Positions 16,838 through 26,689 are shown, numbered from the stretch's first letter. The stretch: 64,000 nt of DNA from Candidatus Bacteroides intestinipullorum (GCA_018883785.1 JAHLFO010000040.1:1121-65120); one strand, 5' to 3'. Program-made: numbers and translations. The notes: generated by a model not told the origin, from the letters alone.

Positions 16838-17058
16838 TACGCGAAGTGACGATGTACCAAGCCGAGTGCGACGTGTGCGGAGGTTCGCTCAAAAACAGTT
16901 TGACCAAACGAACTATTGTGTTTGAAGATGAAGAGTGGTTACGAGCAACTTGCAGTGAATTGGACTGGCAGGAAATCGACGGCAAACTCTACTGCCCCGA
17001 CTGCTACGAGTACGACGAAAAAACAAAGGAGTATAAACCTAAAGTTAAGGAAGAATAA
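16834..17058 (+). CDS. Zn-finger protein
   Basis: CDVCG...YCPDC. Confidence 0.75.
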   Translation: MIREVTMYQAECDVCGGSLKNSLTKRTIVFEDEEWLRATCSELDWQEIDGKLYCPDCYEYDEKTKEYKPKVKEE

Positions 17059-17060
17059 TT

Positions 17061-17399
17061 ATGTATGTAGCAAGAGACAAAGATGGTCACTTGTGGCTGT
17101 ATGAAAAGAAGCCAATAAAACAACCTGAACATTGGGCGTGCGTAAGTGGAGATTGCCAAATACTTGACCTTAATTTATTCCCCGAAGTTAAATGGTCTGA
17201 CGAAGAGCCGCGAGAACTTGTTTTGAAACCGATAAAGGAGGAACTGGGATTTGTCAACCTTTACAAGGATGGCGGTCAAGTGAAAGTAGGCTGGAAAATC
17301 TTTCCTACAAAGAAAGAAGCCGAGGAGAACTTCAAGGATGATGAGAAATATATCACAACTGCAAATATACAATGGAGGGACAGCAATGATAACCTTTGA
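17061..17399 (+). CDS. Hypothetical phage protein (YVARDKDG motif)
   Basis: ORF in a run of same-strand small genes. Confidence 0.75.
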   Translation: MYVARDKDGHLWLYEKKPIKQPEHWACVSGDCQILDLNLFPEVKWSDEEPRELVLKPIKEELGFVNLYKDGGQVKVGWKIFPTKKEAEENFKDDEKYITTANIQWRDSNDNL

Positions 17400-17577
17400 A
17401 GAATTTGCGGACGCATACGCAGCGGCAGTCCCAAAGATACTTGCCAAGATGAAGTATCTTGAACGTATCGGGCGTGACCCGTTCGACGAAAACAAGCCGT
17501 TGCCTAAGTGGCGGCACAAGGCGAACAACTTGAAAGAGAGAAGAAAGCAAAACAGAAGCAATAAAATACCTTTTTGA
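17386..17577 (+). CDS. Basic hypothetical protein
   Basis: MITFEEFADAY... fills the gap between neighbours. Confidence 0.55.
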   Translation: MITFEEFADAYAAAVPKILAKMKYLERIGRDPFDENKPLPKWRHKANNLKERRKQNRSNKIPF

Positions 17578-17957
17578 TTATGATAGAAGAACAATTTGTT
17601 TCATTAGACACTGCCCGTATGCTGAAAGAGGCAGGGTTTAATGTGCCATGCCGTTATAGCTATGATAATGTTGGCGGATTTCGATGGTCTAAAATAGGGG
17701 AATCTACCCCGAAAGGATGGGTTCCATGTCCCACGCAGGCATTGGCAGCAAGGTGGCTTCGCGAGGTGCATAGGATATCGGTAGACGCAGAATTTATGGC
17801 TCCATCCACTAATATTGATGTGTGGAAATACTTTATTGGAAAAATGGACGATATGATATGGCCTGGTGATTTTGAAACATCTGAACGGACATACGCGATC
17901 TACGAAGAAGCAATGGAGGCTGGTTTACGTGAAGCGGTTAAACTGATTAAAAAGTAA
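17574..17957 (+). CDS. Hypothetical phage protein (FVSLDTARMLKEAGF...PTQALAARWLRE)
   Basis: Recurrent Bacteroides phage motif. Confidence 0.8.
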   Translation: MIMIEEQFVSLDTARMLKEAGFNVPCRYSYDNVGGFRWSKIGESTPKGWVPCPTQALAARWLREVHRISVDAEFMAPSTNIDVWKYFIGKMDDMIWPGDFETSERTYAIYEEAMEAGLREAVKLIKK

Positions 17958-17962
17958 AGATT

Positions 17963-18076
17963 ATGGATTTTGTCAGATACATATTGGGTGACTTTTGGCA
18001 CTTTGCGGGATTCGTGTTTATCCTTTGGATTGTCTTAGTCGGAATAGCGGATATTGTAAGAGCGATTAAAAAGTAA
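17963..18076 (+). CDS. 37-aa single-TM peptide (not in the ORF track)
   Basis: MDFVRYILGDFWHFAGFVFILWIVLVGIADIVRAIKK*. Confidence 0.55.
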   Translation: MDFVRYILGDFWHFAGFVFILWIVLVGIADIVRAIKK

Positions 18077-18081
18077 AGAGT

Positions 18082-18720
18082 ATGAAGAAGATAATGTTCT
18101 CAGATGAATTTCTGCTCACCAAAGCGGTGCTTGAAGGCAGAAAGACGCAGACAAGGCAACTTATTAAGTGTCGTAAAACATTTAAAGGAGAATGGGTAGC
18201 AGGATTCAATATCCACATAAGACCATCTGATAAGAAAGTAGTTGGATTGCCTTGTATGTATGATGCTGACGAAAACGAGTTTGATGGAGGTGAGATATTG
18301 CCTAAATACAAAGTCGGCGAAGTGGTTGCTGTGGCGCAAAGCTACCGTGATTGTGGCGGATTTAGTGAATTTGGGAAATCCCGATGGGAGATAATTGCAG
18401 CATCCGTGGGAGCTGCTAATGGTGGATGGAATAATAAAATGTTTGTGCGCGCAAGCTTTATGCCCCACCAAATCCGCATAACCGATATGAAAATAGAACG
18501 TATTCAGGATATTTCGGACGAGGATTGTTTGAAAGAGGGCATTATCAAATGGGATGCAGGGCAAAAAGATATTCCATTTTTCTCCTATCCAAATAGTGCT
18601 AAGTGTGATTATGATACGCCGCAAGAAGCATTTGCTAACCTCATAAATAAGGTGAGCAAAAAAGACGTGTGGAATGAGAATCCGTATGTGTTCGTTTATG
18701 AGTTTGAACTTGTAAAGTGA
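18082..18720 (+). CDS. ASCH/PUA-like phage protein
   Basis: AVLEGRKTQTRQ...ERIQDISDEDCLKEG...WNENPYVFVYEF. Confidence 0.8.
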   Translation: MKKIMFSDEFLLTKAVLEGRKTQTRQLIKCRKTFKGEWVAGFNIHIRPSDKKVVGLPCMYDADENEFDGGEILPKYKVGEVVAVAQSYRDCGGFSEFGKSRWEIIAASVGAANGGWNNKMFVRASFMPHQIRITDMKIERIQDISDEDCLKEGIIKWDAGQKDIPFFSYPNSAKCDYDTPQEAFANLINKVSKKDVWNENPYVFVYEFELVK

Positions 18721-18727
18721 TAGGATT

Positions 18728-19144
18728 ATGAGCAAACAGGTATTATCAATCGAGCAGATGCTGCATTTGCAAGAACTTGGTTTTGATACAAGTAACGCGA
18801 GTGCAAGTTTGTACAAGCCGGATATGGACACGGAATACATGCTAATGTTCGGTCACCTGAAGAAAGAAGAACTTGTCGGAAATGAGGAAGACATACCGTC
18901 CTATACCTTGCAGGACGTGCTGGATGCGCTGCCAAATAGAATATACGACAAAGGAGCATTTTATCTTGGGTGCTATGACATAATGATTGATGAGCATGAT
19001 ATATGCTATGCTAAATGGTGTGGATCGGAAATTGAATCCACATACGTGGAAATAGAAATTAAAGACAATCTTATTGATGCTGCCTACTCCATGTTGTGCT
19101 GGTGCGTCGAGAACAAATTTGTAGAAACGAACAAAAACGACTGA
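18728..19144 (+). CDS. Hypothetical phage protein
   Basis: LSIEQMLHLQELG...YTLQDVLDALP...LIDAAYSMLCW. Confidence 0.8.
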   Translation: MSKQVLSIEQMLHLQELGFDTSNASASLYKPDMDTEYMLMFGHLKKEELVGNEEDIPSYTLQDVLDALPNRIYDKGAFYLGCYDIMIDEHDICYAKWCGSEIESTYVEIEIKDNLIDAAYSMLCWCVENKFVETNKND

Positions 19145-19147
19145 GGT

Positions 19148-19321
19148 ATGAGAATAATCAAAGAAGGCAAACTCCCGCCTAAAGAGAAGAAAATGACGTG
19201 TCCTGAATGCGGTTGCGTGTTTATGTACGAACGCTCAGACATACATTCAGACCAACGCGAAGGTTGTTGGGTGGTATGCCCGACATGTAAGAAGTATATA
19301 ACTGTTGACGGGAGGTGGTGA
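19148..19321 (+). CDS. 57-aa Zn-ribbon protein (not in the ORF track)
   Basis: Read manually: ...TCPECGCVF...VVCPTCKK... Confidence 0.7.
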   Translation: MRIIKEGKLPPKEKKMTCPECGCVFMYERSDIHSDQREGCWVVCPTCKKYITVDGRW

Positions 19322-19322
19322 G

Positions 19323-19634
19323 ATGAACGAGATACTGAAGAAAAGGATTGAGGAAGCAGCAAGGGAAGGCAGTAAGCATTACGACCCGAACGTGAGCAAG
19401 TACAGCCAAGGCAAGCAAGTCGGTTATCTGCGAGGCTTTAATGAGGGTGCATGCTACGCCCTCTCCCACCAATGGATAAGCGTTGAAGAGGCGTTGCCGG
19501 AAGCAAACGAAAACGTATTGGCTCTCATCGGTGGTGTCCCGGTTGTGGCCAAAGGCTACCACGTGAGAGCAAGACTGAGAGACATTACCCACTGGATGCC
19601 CATCCCTAAGTTTGAACCCAATAAAACCGAATAA
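19323..19634 (+). CDS. DUF551-like protein
   Basis: WISVEEALP...ITHWMPIP. Confidence 0.8.
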   Translation: MNEILKKRIEEAAREGSKHYDPNVSKYSQGKQVGYLRGFNEGACYALSHQWISVEEALPEANENVLALIGGVPVVAKGYHVRARLRDITHWMPIPKFEPNKTE

Positions 19635-19786
19635 CCCATGAAGAAAATAGACCGCATCTATTCCCGCCACGAGCGTAACGGGAAATTCTATCTTATCGCC
19701 CGAATCAAGCGGGACGGTGAGTTTGTGATAGAGACAATCGAAGTGAGCGAACAGCAATACCGGAAATCCAAGGAGGGCGATTTGAT

Positions 19787-20002
19787 ATGAACAAGGAGAG
19801 ATACAACCGATTGATGAAATCTGTAGTCACTAAGACTAACGAAATGAGAGAAATGATTCAGGATTTAGCTCTTCTTAGTATGGGAACGACCAACTTTGAT
19901 GATTCAGTTGCAGACTATATTCAGATGATAGAGCAAAAGATAGACCATACATATTTTGAAATAAAAGATTTGAAAACATTGATAGAAAGGAAATTAAAAT
20001 GA
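19787..20002 (+). CDS. Coiled-coil hypothetical protein
   Basis: 71-aa ORF. Confidence 0.6.
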   Translation: MNKERYNRLMKSVVTKTNEMREMIQDLALLSMGTTNFDDSVADYIQMIEQKIDHTYFEIKDLKTLIERKLK

Positions 20003-20021
20003 AGAATAAAGAGTGCCAATT

Positions 20022-20312
20022 ATGAAAGTCTACATCAGCCTCCCGATAACCGGCCACGACATCGAAGAAGTGGAAGCCCGCTGCATCTTCGCCAAGGCCG
20101 TACTTAAGAGGAAAGGGCACACGCCCGTTTCTCCTTTAGACATCGACCACTCCGACCCCGATTTCTACGAAGCCGTCATCGGCACCGACATCACCGCCCT
20201 GCTCTGTTGCGACGCGGTGGTGTTCCTCGATGGATGGCGAGAATCAAAGGGCTGCACTTTGGAACACGCTGCGGCAAAAATCTATAATAAACTAATCACA
20301 TACGAACTATGA
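20022..20312 (+). CDS. DUF4406 / nucleoside 2'-deoxyribosyltransferase-like protein
   Basis: KVYISLPITG...LLCCDAVVFLDGWRESKGCTLEH. Confidence 0.85.
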   Translation: MKVYISLPITGHDIEEVEARCIFAKAVLKRKGHTPVSPLDIDHSDPDFYEAVIGTDITALLCCDAVVFLDGWRESKGCTLEHAAAKIYNKLITYEL

Positions 20313-20845
20313 ACCTCAACGAACTACGAGACGAAGCCTACTCCATCGCCAAGGCGAACGGATGGCACGAAGAAGAGCACAGTGACGAACATTGTCTCAT
20401 GCTCATTATAACAGAGATAGCCGAAGCCGTACAAGCAGACCGTAAGAACCTTCACGCCGACGTGGAAGCCTTCAAGAAGTACGAGCATACGCTTGACTTC
20501 AAGGAAAACTTCGAGCGGCAAATCAAGAATACGGTGGAAGATGAACTTAGCGATGTGGTAATACGATGCTTGGATTTAGCAGGACTGCGTTCCTTCAGTC
20601 TTTGCAGTGTTGTAACGACAGACCACGAATTTAAAGATTATTGGGCCAATATGCCGTTTTTCAAATTCGCTTATGATTCTTGCTGTTTCTTGATAAATGA
20701 TTGTGCGGAGGATGCTGTTAAGACAACAATCTCATCTGTGTACAGATATTGCAGGCATCATAGCATCGACCTCGACTTCTTCATCCGCACCAAAATGAAC
20801 TACAACCGCCTGCGTGGCTACCACCACGGAGGGAAAAGATACTAG
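20309..20845 (+). CDS. MazG-like NTP pyrophosphohydrolase
   Basis: LIITEIAEAVQADRK...EDELSDVVIRCLD...KMNYNRLR. Confidence 0.85.
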   Translation: MNLNELRDEAYSIAKANGWHEEEHSDEHCLMLIITEIAEAVQADRKNLHADVEAFKKYEHTLDFKENFERQIKNTVEDELSDVVIRCLDLAGLRSFSLCSVVTTDHEFKDYWANMPFFKFAYDSCCFLINDCAEDAVKTTISSVYRYCRHHSIDLDFFIRTKMNYNRLRGYHHGGKRY

Positions 20846-20892
20846 GACACAACATTTTATTTATCAAATTAATCAATAAAGAAATAACCAAC

Positions 20893-21246
20893 ATGTACAT
20901 CCAACTCAAAAACTCACCTTCGGCCCCTGTGCTCATCAGCAGACGCCTGTTCAAAGCCATGGAATTCAAAGGGCCATCACCCTGGTTCATCATCATCACA
21001 CGAATCCGGGGAACAGATAACTTTGCCCTGGTTCCTGTAGAGCGATCAGACACCTTCAAGACCCAGTGCTGCATGGTACTTCCTGTGCATGGGAATCGAC
21101 GGACACCTGCCTCTTTCCGATGGACCATCCCGTCGTTGGACTACTTCCTCGGCGTGACAGGAACAAACATCATTAACAACAAAATAATCAAAGTCAAAGA
21201 AATCACCACATCCAAACGAAAATGCTTCAAGATATGTACCGACTGA
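20893..21246 (+). CDS. Hypothetical beta-rich protein
   Basis: 117-aa ORF with AT-rich leader. Confidence 0.7.
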   Translation: MYIQLKNSPSAPVLISRRLFKAMEFKGPSPWFIIITRIRGTDNFALVPVERSDTFKTQCCMVLPVHGNRRTPASFRWTIPSLDYFLGVTGTNIINNKIIKVKEITTSKRKCFKICTD

Positions 21247-21572
21247 ACCAACCCAAACCCGACATCCGTTTTAACCGGAACGGGAGAATAGACATCATCG
21301 ACCAAGTTGTCCAGCGAATGAACCTCGGACACCAAAACCGCGTATCCTTCTACGTAGATCAAGAACACAACCTGTTCATACGTCCAGACACGGACGGGTT
21401 GCGCCCCACCATCTCACGCGGAAATAAATCTCTACGATTCTACAGCAAGCAAGTCACGGATGCTGTACTCTCACTTCCCGACCTGCCCCAAGGATTAGAG
21501 AAAGCCGCCTTCCGCATCGGGACATCCGATGACGGGATAAACTACCCGGTCATCACCCGGAGACTGCTCTGA
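21234..21572 (+). CDS. Hypothetical protein, possibly AbrB-like
   Basis: DIRFNRNGRIDI...MNL...VSF pattern; last early gene. Confidence 0.65.
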   Translation: MYRLNQPKPDIRFNRNGRIDIIDQVVQRMNLGHQNRVSFYVDQEHNLFIRPDTDGLRPTISRGNKSLRFYSKQVTDAVLSLPDLPQGLEKAAFRIGTSDDGINYPVITRRLL

Positions 21573-21577
21573 GCCCC

Positions 21578-21630
21578 CAAAAAGATTGCCCGGAAGTGAC
21601 CGTGAAGGCCGACCTCCGGGCAATCTTCAA
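21578..21630. terminator. Hairpin between convergent early and late regions, probably a bidirectional terminator
   Basis: AAGATTGCCCGGA...TCCGGGCAATCTT inverted repeat with an upstream A-run. Confidence 0.7.
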
Positions 21631-21678
21631 ATCCATTGTACTTAGCCAGCCGGATAAGTATTCCAAGTGAGAAAATCC

Positions 21679-21813
21679 TTATTCCGTCTCTTCTCCATCT
21701 TCTGATTGCAACGACGTGGATTCAGCAGCGGCTGCTTCCAACACTTCCACACGTTTCTCCAGTTCCTCAATCTTCATGTAGGCCAGGACCTCATCACGAA
21801 TCTTTTCTGCCAT
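21679..21813 (-). CDS. 44-aa acidic coiled-coil peptide (not in the ORF track)
   Basis: MAEKIRDEVLAYMKIEELEKRVEVLEAAAAESTSLQSEDGEETE*; GAGGA upstream. Confidence 0.6.
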   Translation of the reverse strand: MAEKIRDEVLAYMKIEELEKRVEVLEAAAAESTSLQSEDGEETE

Positions 21814-21850
21814 AGTAAATTCCTCCTATTGATTTTAATGTTAATAAATA

Positions 21851-21920
21851 TGAGTTATTGAGTTTGCAAGTTATTGAGTTCAGGAACAATCAACTCATAA
21901 ACTCAAGAACTTATCAACTT
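21851..21920. repeat. Palindromic array of 8-nt units (GAGTTATT... / ...AACTCATA)
   Basis: TGAGTTATTGAGTTTGCAAGTTATTGAGTT...AACTCATAAACTCAAGAACTTATCAACTT. Confidence 0.7.
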
Positions 21921-21929
21921 ACATTCTCC

Positions 21930-24900
21930 CTATCTCGGTTTGTTCCTCCACTTTCTGGTAAAATACACCGATGTCTGCGCCAATGATTCCCCGATGTGCA
22001 TGTCGCGTACAATAGCCACCCGAAAATACCGGTAAGGTGAACCTTGCAGTCGCGTCACCCGGTAACCTCGCGCACTTCCTATGGGCACATAGTTCATACC
22101 GTCATGGCTGGCAAACACCATGACCGCACCTTCCATACGGCGCATCTGCCCACGGTTGACAACAGCATTCACCGTCTTGAGCGCATCATCGCCCAGCTTC
22201 ATCGGACGACTTAACAAGAATATACGCACCTCTTTCCCCGTGTCGTCGTAGTCCTGTTTCTGCGAAAGGTTCACCACCTCCCCCGTGGTACGCTGCAAGT
22301 AACTGTTCGGATAGTCCGTCACCTCCGTCACGAAGTTGGCCGACATCGTGGCCCACGTCCGCGAGTTCAGCGAATAGACATACGCATACGGGCTGCCCTC
22401 GCGAAACAGCACCAGCCTGGCGTTTGGATAATCATAGGCGATGCGACAACCCTCCAGAAAGTCTTTCACCGGCACTTGGTCGCCCACCTCTTCCAACAAA
22501 TTTTCTTTGGCTAGCACGTCATGCAAGCGATCCACCGTCTGCGGGTCGAACGATGGACCGTCCAGTTCAGCGGATAGCAGATCCACATTGCTGCCATCCA
22601 CTACCATCAGGCCCTTGTCAGACACGAACACCACCGCACCGTCCGTCTGAGTAATGCTCTGGGGGTTAGTGCAAACATCACGGCTCATCGGCTGCTTTAC
22701 ACTGTATAAACCCGTATCAGACACTTCCATAGCCCAAATGCCATCCGTTGCAAAGACCAACAAAGGGAACTGCCCGAACTGCCCCTGCGAAAGGGCGCGC
22801 GTAGTGCTGCTGATACCTCTTATCTCACCAACCCCCACCGTGTTGATTCCACCCAAGGGGAAATAGAAAGGATTGCCTGCTTCAGAGGTATATATTTTGT
22901 TCTTCTCGACAATTTCCCGGTTAGCAGAAGCAACAGGCACATCCGCCGGGCTGATGCTCTCATAGACGGGACCAGCCTTGAACCCACTGAACCAATAAGC
23001 ACCGTTTAGGGATTTGTGTTCCGTCAGTTGGATTTCAGCTGCTTGATTAAAATAACCACCCTGAATGATGACCGCCTTGTAGGCATTCGGGTCAGGATAG
23101 AACAGGTAGTCCGTGAAGTAATACACCTCTTCACCCGCCGGTTGGCTGACGATGATATCCTCCCCATCTCCGGCATGGACATAGATGAATATCGTGTAAT
23201 AGTTCTTCAGCTCCATGATTTCAGAACCCATGAAAAAGACATTGTAGCCCACCTGCATTTCTGCCGGGAAACCATCGAAAAGTTCCCTCCGCACGTTGGC
23301 CAGGTTCAGACGTTGGTTGTAAGCAAAGGCATACAACGGTTTAATCAAGTCGTGTGTCTGATAATCGTCAGGCAACGTCTTTTGCAGGTTGAGATTCCTC
23401 AATTGGTTCTCATCCGCCTCGACCGTCCCCTCTTTGAGGTAATCTTCATCATCCGGGTCAATGGAATAAGACTTGAACAGGTAGAACAGGCCATTGCTCC
23501 TGATTTTCTCCAGATAATCTCCCTGAGCGTCTTCCACTTCTGGAAGATCTATGACTATAGACCCTAACAGATATTGCTCCTCATCGTCTATCTCCATCAC
23601 GGAAGTTCCATACAAGGCTTCCGCGCTCAGCACAGGCAATTTCTGATAGGTGTACATGTACGAGCCAAAATTAGAATAGTTGTCCAAACGGGATATGGTG
23701 TACGCATCCTTATACGCATACTTCTCCCGGCTGTATAGATACTCCAACTGCCCGTTTGGAAGATAGTTATAGAACTGTTCGGAAACGAAGATGTCTATGC
23801 CCGTGACGATATCTTTCCACTTTTCCAGTCCCTCACCCAACACCAGTTTGTGTATCTCCAGTTCCACGTGCGGGCCTACCACCTGGTAATAAAGGGTCTT
23901 GAAATTCCCATCCTTGCCGGTCATGCGGTTGATGATGACGGCCGGCCTGCCGGAAGAATTCGGCACCATCAACAAGGGAGCAGACTGCATGATGTAGGAT
24001 CCGTCATACAGCCTGTAGGCATAGCGGACGAAAAACGGATAGACGAATTTGTTCTCCTTGGTGGCCTCGTACACCCACAGGGCCGCCTTGCCAAGCACAT
24101 CGGTCGATACCGTAGTCTTGTCATCGTCAGACAGCTCTATACGGTCCAACATGTCTGCTTCCAAGAGCTTATATTCGCTTTCCTCAAACCCGTCGGACAA
24201 TGACACGGAAAACACGGAATCCTCATCCGTATTCACCGACGGAGGATAGGACAGCCAGCCTTCCGGATTGGTTGCCGACCTGTCGCAGGGTGGTGCCTCG
24301 TCCGCGCTGCTGTTCGCGAAGAACCTGAATTTCACAGAACCTTGTCCATACTTGTCGTCAGCCATATAGACATCGCTCCAGGCGATGGTGCCGTCCGCAT
24401 TATTCACGCTGCCGATGCAGATGCACCATCCACCGCCCTTCTCGTCTGGGAAGTCCGACCAGCCATCCGGCACAGGATCATTCCCGGTAGGCTTGTTCGG
24501 GAGTACGATGCCGGAAATATCCAGATGAGCCTTGCGGAACACGTACGTTTTCCAGTCTCCCGTATGCACATCCTCCGCCTCACGGCTCACCCGGACAGGT
24601 TCGGACCAGGATTCATCCCCGCTATTTTTCTGAATCATCCACAGACTTTGCCCGCTGTTGCTCCCGGTGGACTTGACGAGCACTTGAGACTTGCCTGTCA
24701 GCGAAAAGCTGATGACCGTCTCCGGAGGCTTTTGCCCCAGATACTCGTACGAACCATCCCTGTACAACAAGTAGTGCATCCCCTCATCCGAAAACACGAT
24801 TACTGTGTTCCCCACAGAAGATACGGACAAGATGCTGTCAGCGCCACTGAATCCTTCTATAAGTTCGTATTGGAAATCCTGGTCGTAGAAACCCAACTTG

Positions 24901-25136
24901 CCGTCCGTGGTTGTCACCAGGTAGTTCTTATATTGTGACATGACGTGTATGTACACCAGCCTTTCCCCCTCGCCCAGCGTGAACTCCGCATCCGGAAGCA
25001 CGATGGGACGCATGCCGCCGTTCTGACTGATGAGGTTGTGCGAAAAGCTCAGGTCACCGTCAGCACAACCCAGGTCGGACGTTGCCTGCGTGATACCCGT
25101 ATATCTGATGTTGCTCTCTTCCATGGGGTAGTCCAT
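21930..25136 (-). CDS. Podovirus-type tail tube/nozzle ('stabilization') protein
   Basis: ~1,070 aa; C-terminal beta-propeller-like repeats (KIYTSEAGNPFYFP, GQFGQFPLLVFATDGIWAM); follows adaptor genes. Confidence 0.7.
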   Translation of the reverse strand: MDYPMEESNIRYTGITQATSDLGCADGDLSFSHNLISQNGGMRPIVLPDAEFTLGEGERLVYIHVMSQYKNYLVTTTDGKLGFYDQDFQYELIEGFSGADSILSVSSVGNTVIVFSDEGMHYLLYRDGSYEYLGQKPPETVISFSLTGKSQVLVKSTGSNSGQSLWMIQKNSGDESWSEPVRVSREAEDVHTGDWKTYVFRKAHLDISGIVLPNKPTGNDPVPDGWSDFPDEKGGGWCICIGSVNNADGTIAWSDVYMADDKYGQGSVKFRFFANSSADEAPPCDRSATNPEGWLSYPPSVNTDEDSVFSVSLSDGFEESEYKLLEADMLDRIELSDDDKTTVSTDVLGKAALWVYEATKENKFVYPFFVRYAYRLYDGSYIMQSAPLLMVPNSSGRPAVIINRMTGKDGNFKTLYYQVVGPHVELEIHKLVLGEGLEKWKDIVTGIDIFVSEQFYNYLPNGQLEYLYSREKYAYKDAYTISRLDNYSNFGSYMYTYQKLPVLSAEALYGTSVMEIDDEEQYLLGSIVIDLPEVEDAQGDYLEKIRSNGLFYLFKSYSIDPDDEDYLKEGTVEADENQLRNLNLQKTLPDDYQTHDLIKPLYAFAYNQRLNLANVRRELFDGFPAEMQVGYNVFFMGSEIMELKNYYTIFIYVHAGDGEDIIVSQPAGEEVYYFTDYLFYPDPNAYKAVIIQGGYFNQAAEIQLTEHKSLNGAYWFSGFKAGPVYESISPADVPVASANREIVEKNKIYTSEAGNPFYFPLGGINTVGVGEIRGISSTTRALSQGQFGQFPLLVFATDGIWAMEVSDTGLYSVKQPMSRDVCTNPQSITQTDGAVVFVSDKGLMVVDGSNVDLLSAELDGPSFDPQTVDRLHDVLAKENLLEEVGDQVPVKDFLEGCRIAYDYPNARLVLFREGSPYAYVYSLNSRTWATMSANFVTEVTDYPNSYLQRTTGEVVNLSQKQDYDDTGKEVRIFLLSRPMKLGDDALKTVNAVVNRGQMRRMEGAVMVFASHDGMNYVPIGSARGYRVTRLQGSPYRYFRVAIVRDMHIGESLAQTSVYFTRKWRNKPR

Positions 25137-25147
25137 AAATTGATGAA

Positions 25148-25645
25148 TCAATACAACCTGTCAGACGGACGGCGGACCGGGGCGGTACGCAGCTCTAGTA
25201 CGCCCTTGATGCGCTCCAGCTCGTCGGCTGCACGGGTCAGGTATTGCTCCGCCTCCTGCGGATTGGTCTTTTCAAAGATACTGTAGATGCAGTAGTCGGC
25301 CACGTGGGCGTGCATCAGGCTGGTCAGCTGGGTGGTCGCTCCATAGTTCCAGCGGTCAGGCATGGCAAGGTTGAGCACGTAGTCGCCCTCCACATCCTCC
25401 AGCCGGTCGTCGTCCATCAGCCTTCCCGCAGTCAGGTAACGGGCGCAACGGCTCCTCACGTTGGCCAAGGCAGCAGACATGGCACGGGCCACAATGTATT
25501 TGTCCACGCCTTCCTCGGGAGTCTGTATGTCCGCAGCCTTCTCTTCCTGTCCGGGCACAAAGAGCCTACGGCCGGTCACATGAGCCGCATTGATGACGTC
25601 GCCCATGATTTCTGCACGGTTCAAAACGATGGTCACATTCCTCAT
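25148..25645 (-). CDS. Head-tail adaptor-like structural protein
   Basis: Helical 165-aa protein in the virion operon; similar layout to its upstream neighbour. Confidence 0.6.
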   Translation of the reverse strand: MRNVTIVLNRAEIMGDVINAAHVTGRRLFVPGQEEKAADIQTPEEGVDKYIVARAMSAALANVRSRCARYLTAGRLMDDDRLEDVEGDYVLNLAMPDRWNYGATTQLTSLMHAHVADYCIYSIFEKTNPQEAEQYLTRAADELERIKGVLELRTAPVRRPSDRLY

Positions 25646-26195
25646 ATTGTTTCAGTATTAATCGGTCGTTCGCTTTCCTCACCATCCCCTCGCAGCCACA
25701 GCCCGGCAGGGCAATCTCCACATCATCCGGGATGTCTCTTTCCGAGAAACGGCCACAAGGCTCGTCCCTATAGAGCAGTTTTTGGCGGAGGTCTGACGCA
25801 TAATCCGTAGATTCGGTTTCATACTGGGATGCACGGTCCGGGGTCAGGACGGACAACCACCCGGCGAGGACATGCGCCGCTATCATCATCTTGATATCTG
25901 TGATGATACTACCGGTCAACAACTCATTGTAGCGGGCGGGCATCTCCGCGGTGAGGGTCAGCACCTCGTCAGCATCATAGCTGGCAAGCTCGTGCGCCAC
26001 GGTTTCACTCCGTAGGTAACGCTTGAAGAGCTGCACCACGGACGTATATCCCTCTATCCAATAGGTATCCAGGAATCCGCCCTCATACGCTGATGCCCAT
26101 ACCTGCTCGAAGTTGTCAGGATGCACAGATGCCTCCAGCGAAGAGCGTTTCTCCACTTCCTTGAACACCTCCGATTTCCGTATTTCCAGCTTCAT
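25566..26195 (-). CDS. Head-tail adaptor-like structural protein
   Basis: First gene after a late-promoter motif (26211-26257). Confidence 0.6.
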   Translation of the reverse strand: MKLEIRKSEVFKEVEKRSSLEASVHPDNFEQVWASAYEGGFLDTYWIEGYTSVVQLFKRYLRSETVAHELASYDADEVLTLTAEMPARYNELLTGSIITDIKMMIAAHVLAGWLSVLTPDRASQYETESTDYASDLRQKLLYRDEPCGRFSERDIPDDVEIALPGCGCEGMVRKANDRLILKQYEECDHRFEPCRNHGRRHQCGSCDRP

Positions 26196-26210
26196 ACTTC
26201 TGTTTTTGCG

Positions 26211-26257
26211 CAAAGTAGGTAAAAATATGGAGGAGGACGGCTATATTTTATGACAAT
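26211..26257 (-). promoter_or_regulatory. Late-promoter motif copy 1
   Basis: +strand CAAA-N27-TATAT-N4-TGAC; same spacing at 41834, 47670 and 61261. Confidence 0.6.
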
Positions 26258-26263
26258 AATGGC

Positions 26264-26689
26264 TCACCGCTCCGCTATTAAATGATTACGGCAATGCACG
26301 CAGAGAAAGTCCTTGGCCACGGGAAACATCCGCTGCCCGATGTTTCCCGCCAAGTAGGCCGCTGCCTCCCCGTAGGGAGAGAGTTGGTAAGCCTGCTCGA
26401 TGTGACGGGACAGGTGGCGCATTTCGTGCAGCCATGAGTTCAGAAATTCGGCGGGAGAAGAAGTAAGGCCGATGACCATCACCGTCTCTCCGCGTCCAAA
26501 GTTAGAATAGGTCAACCCAGTGTCAAGCCTGCCTGCCGACAGGTTCCTTGAGGCACGTTTCAATTCCACGCCACGGCATCCTGCCCGTCGGAGGGCGCAC
26601 AGGATGCGGTCGTGCCAGTAGGTCGTCACGGCATAATAGACGTGCACATGCCAGTCATAAGCAATCAGGTAGATGTCTTGCTGTATCAT
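26264..26689 (-). CDS. Zn metallopeptidase-like protein (HEMRH...E)
   Basis: NSWLHEMRHL...GEAAAYLAG zincin motif. Confidence 0.75.
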   Translation of the reverse strand: MIQQDIYLIAYDWHVHVYYAVTTYWHDRILCALRRAGCRGVELKRASRNLSAGRLDTGLTYSNFGRGETVMVIGLTSSPAEFLNSWLHEMRHLSRHIEQAYQLSPYGEAAAYLAGNIGQRMFPVAKDFLCVHCRNHLIAER

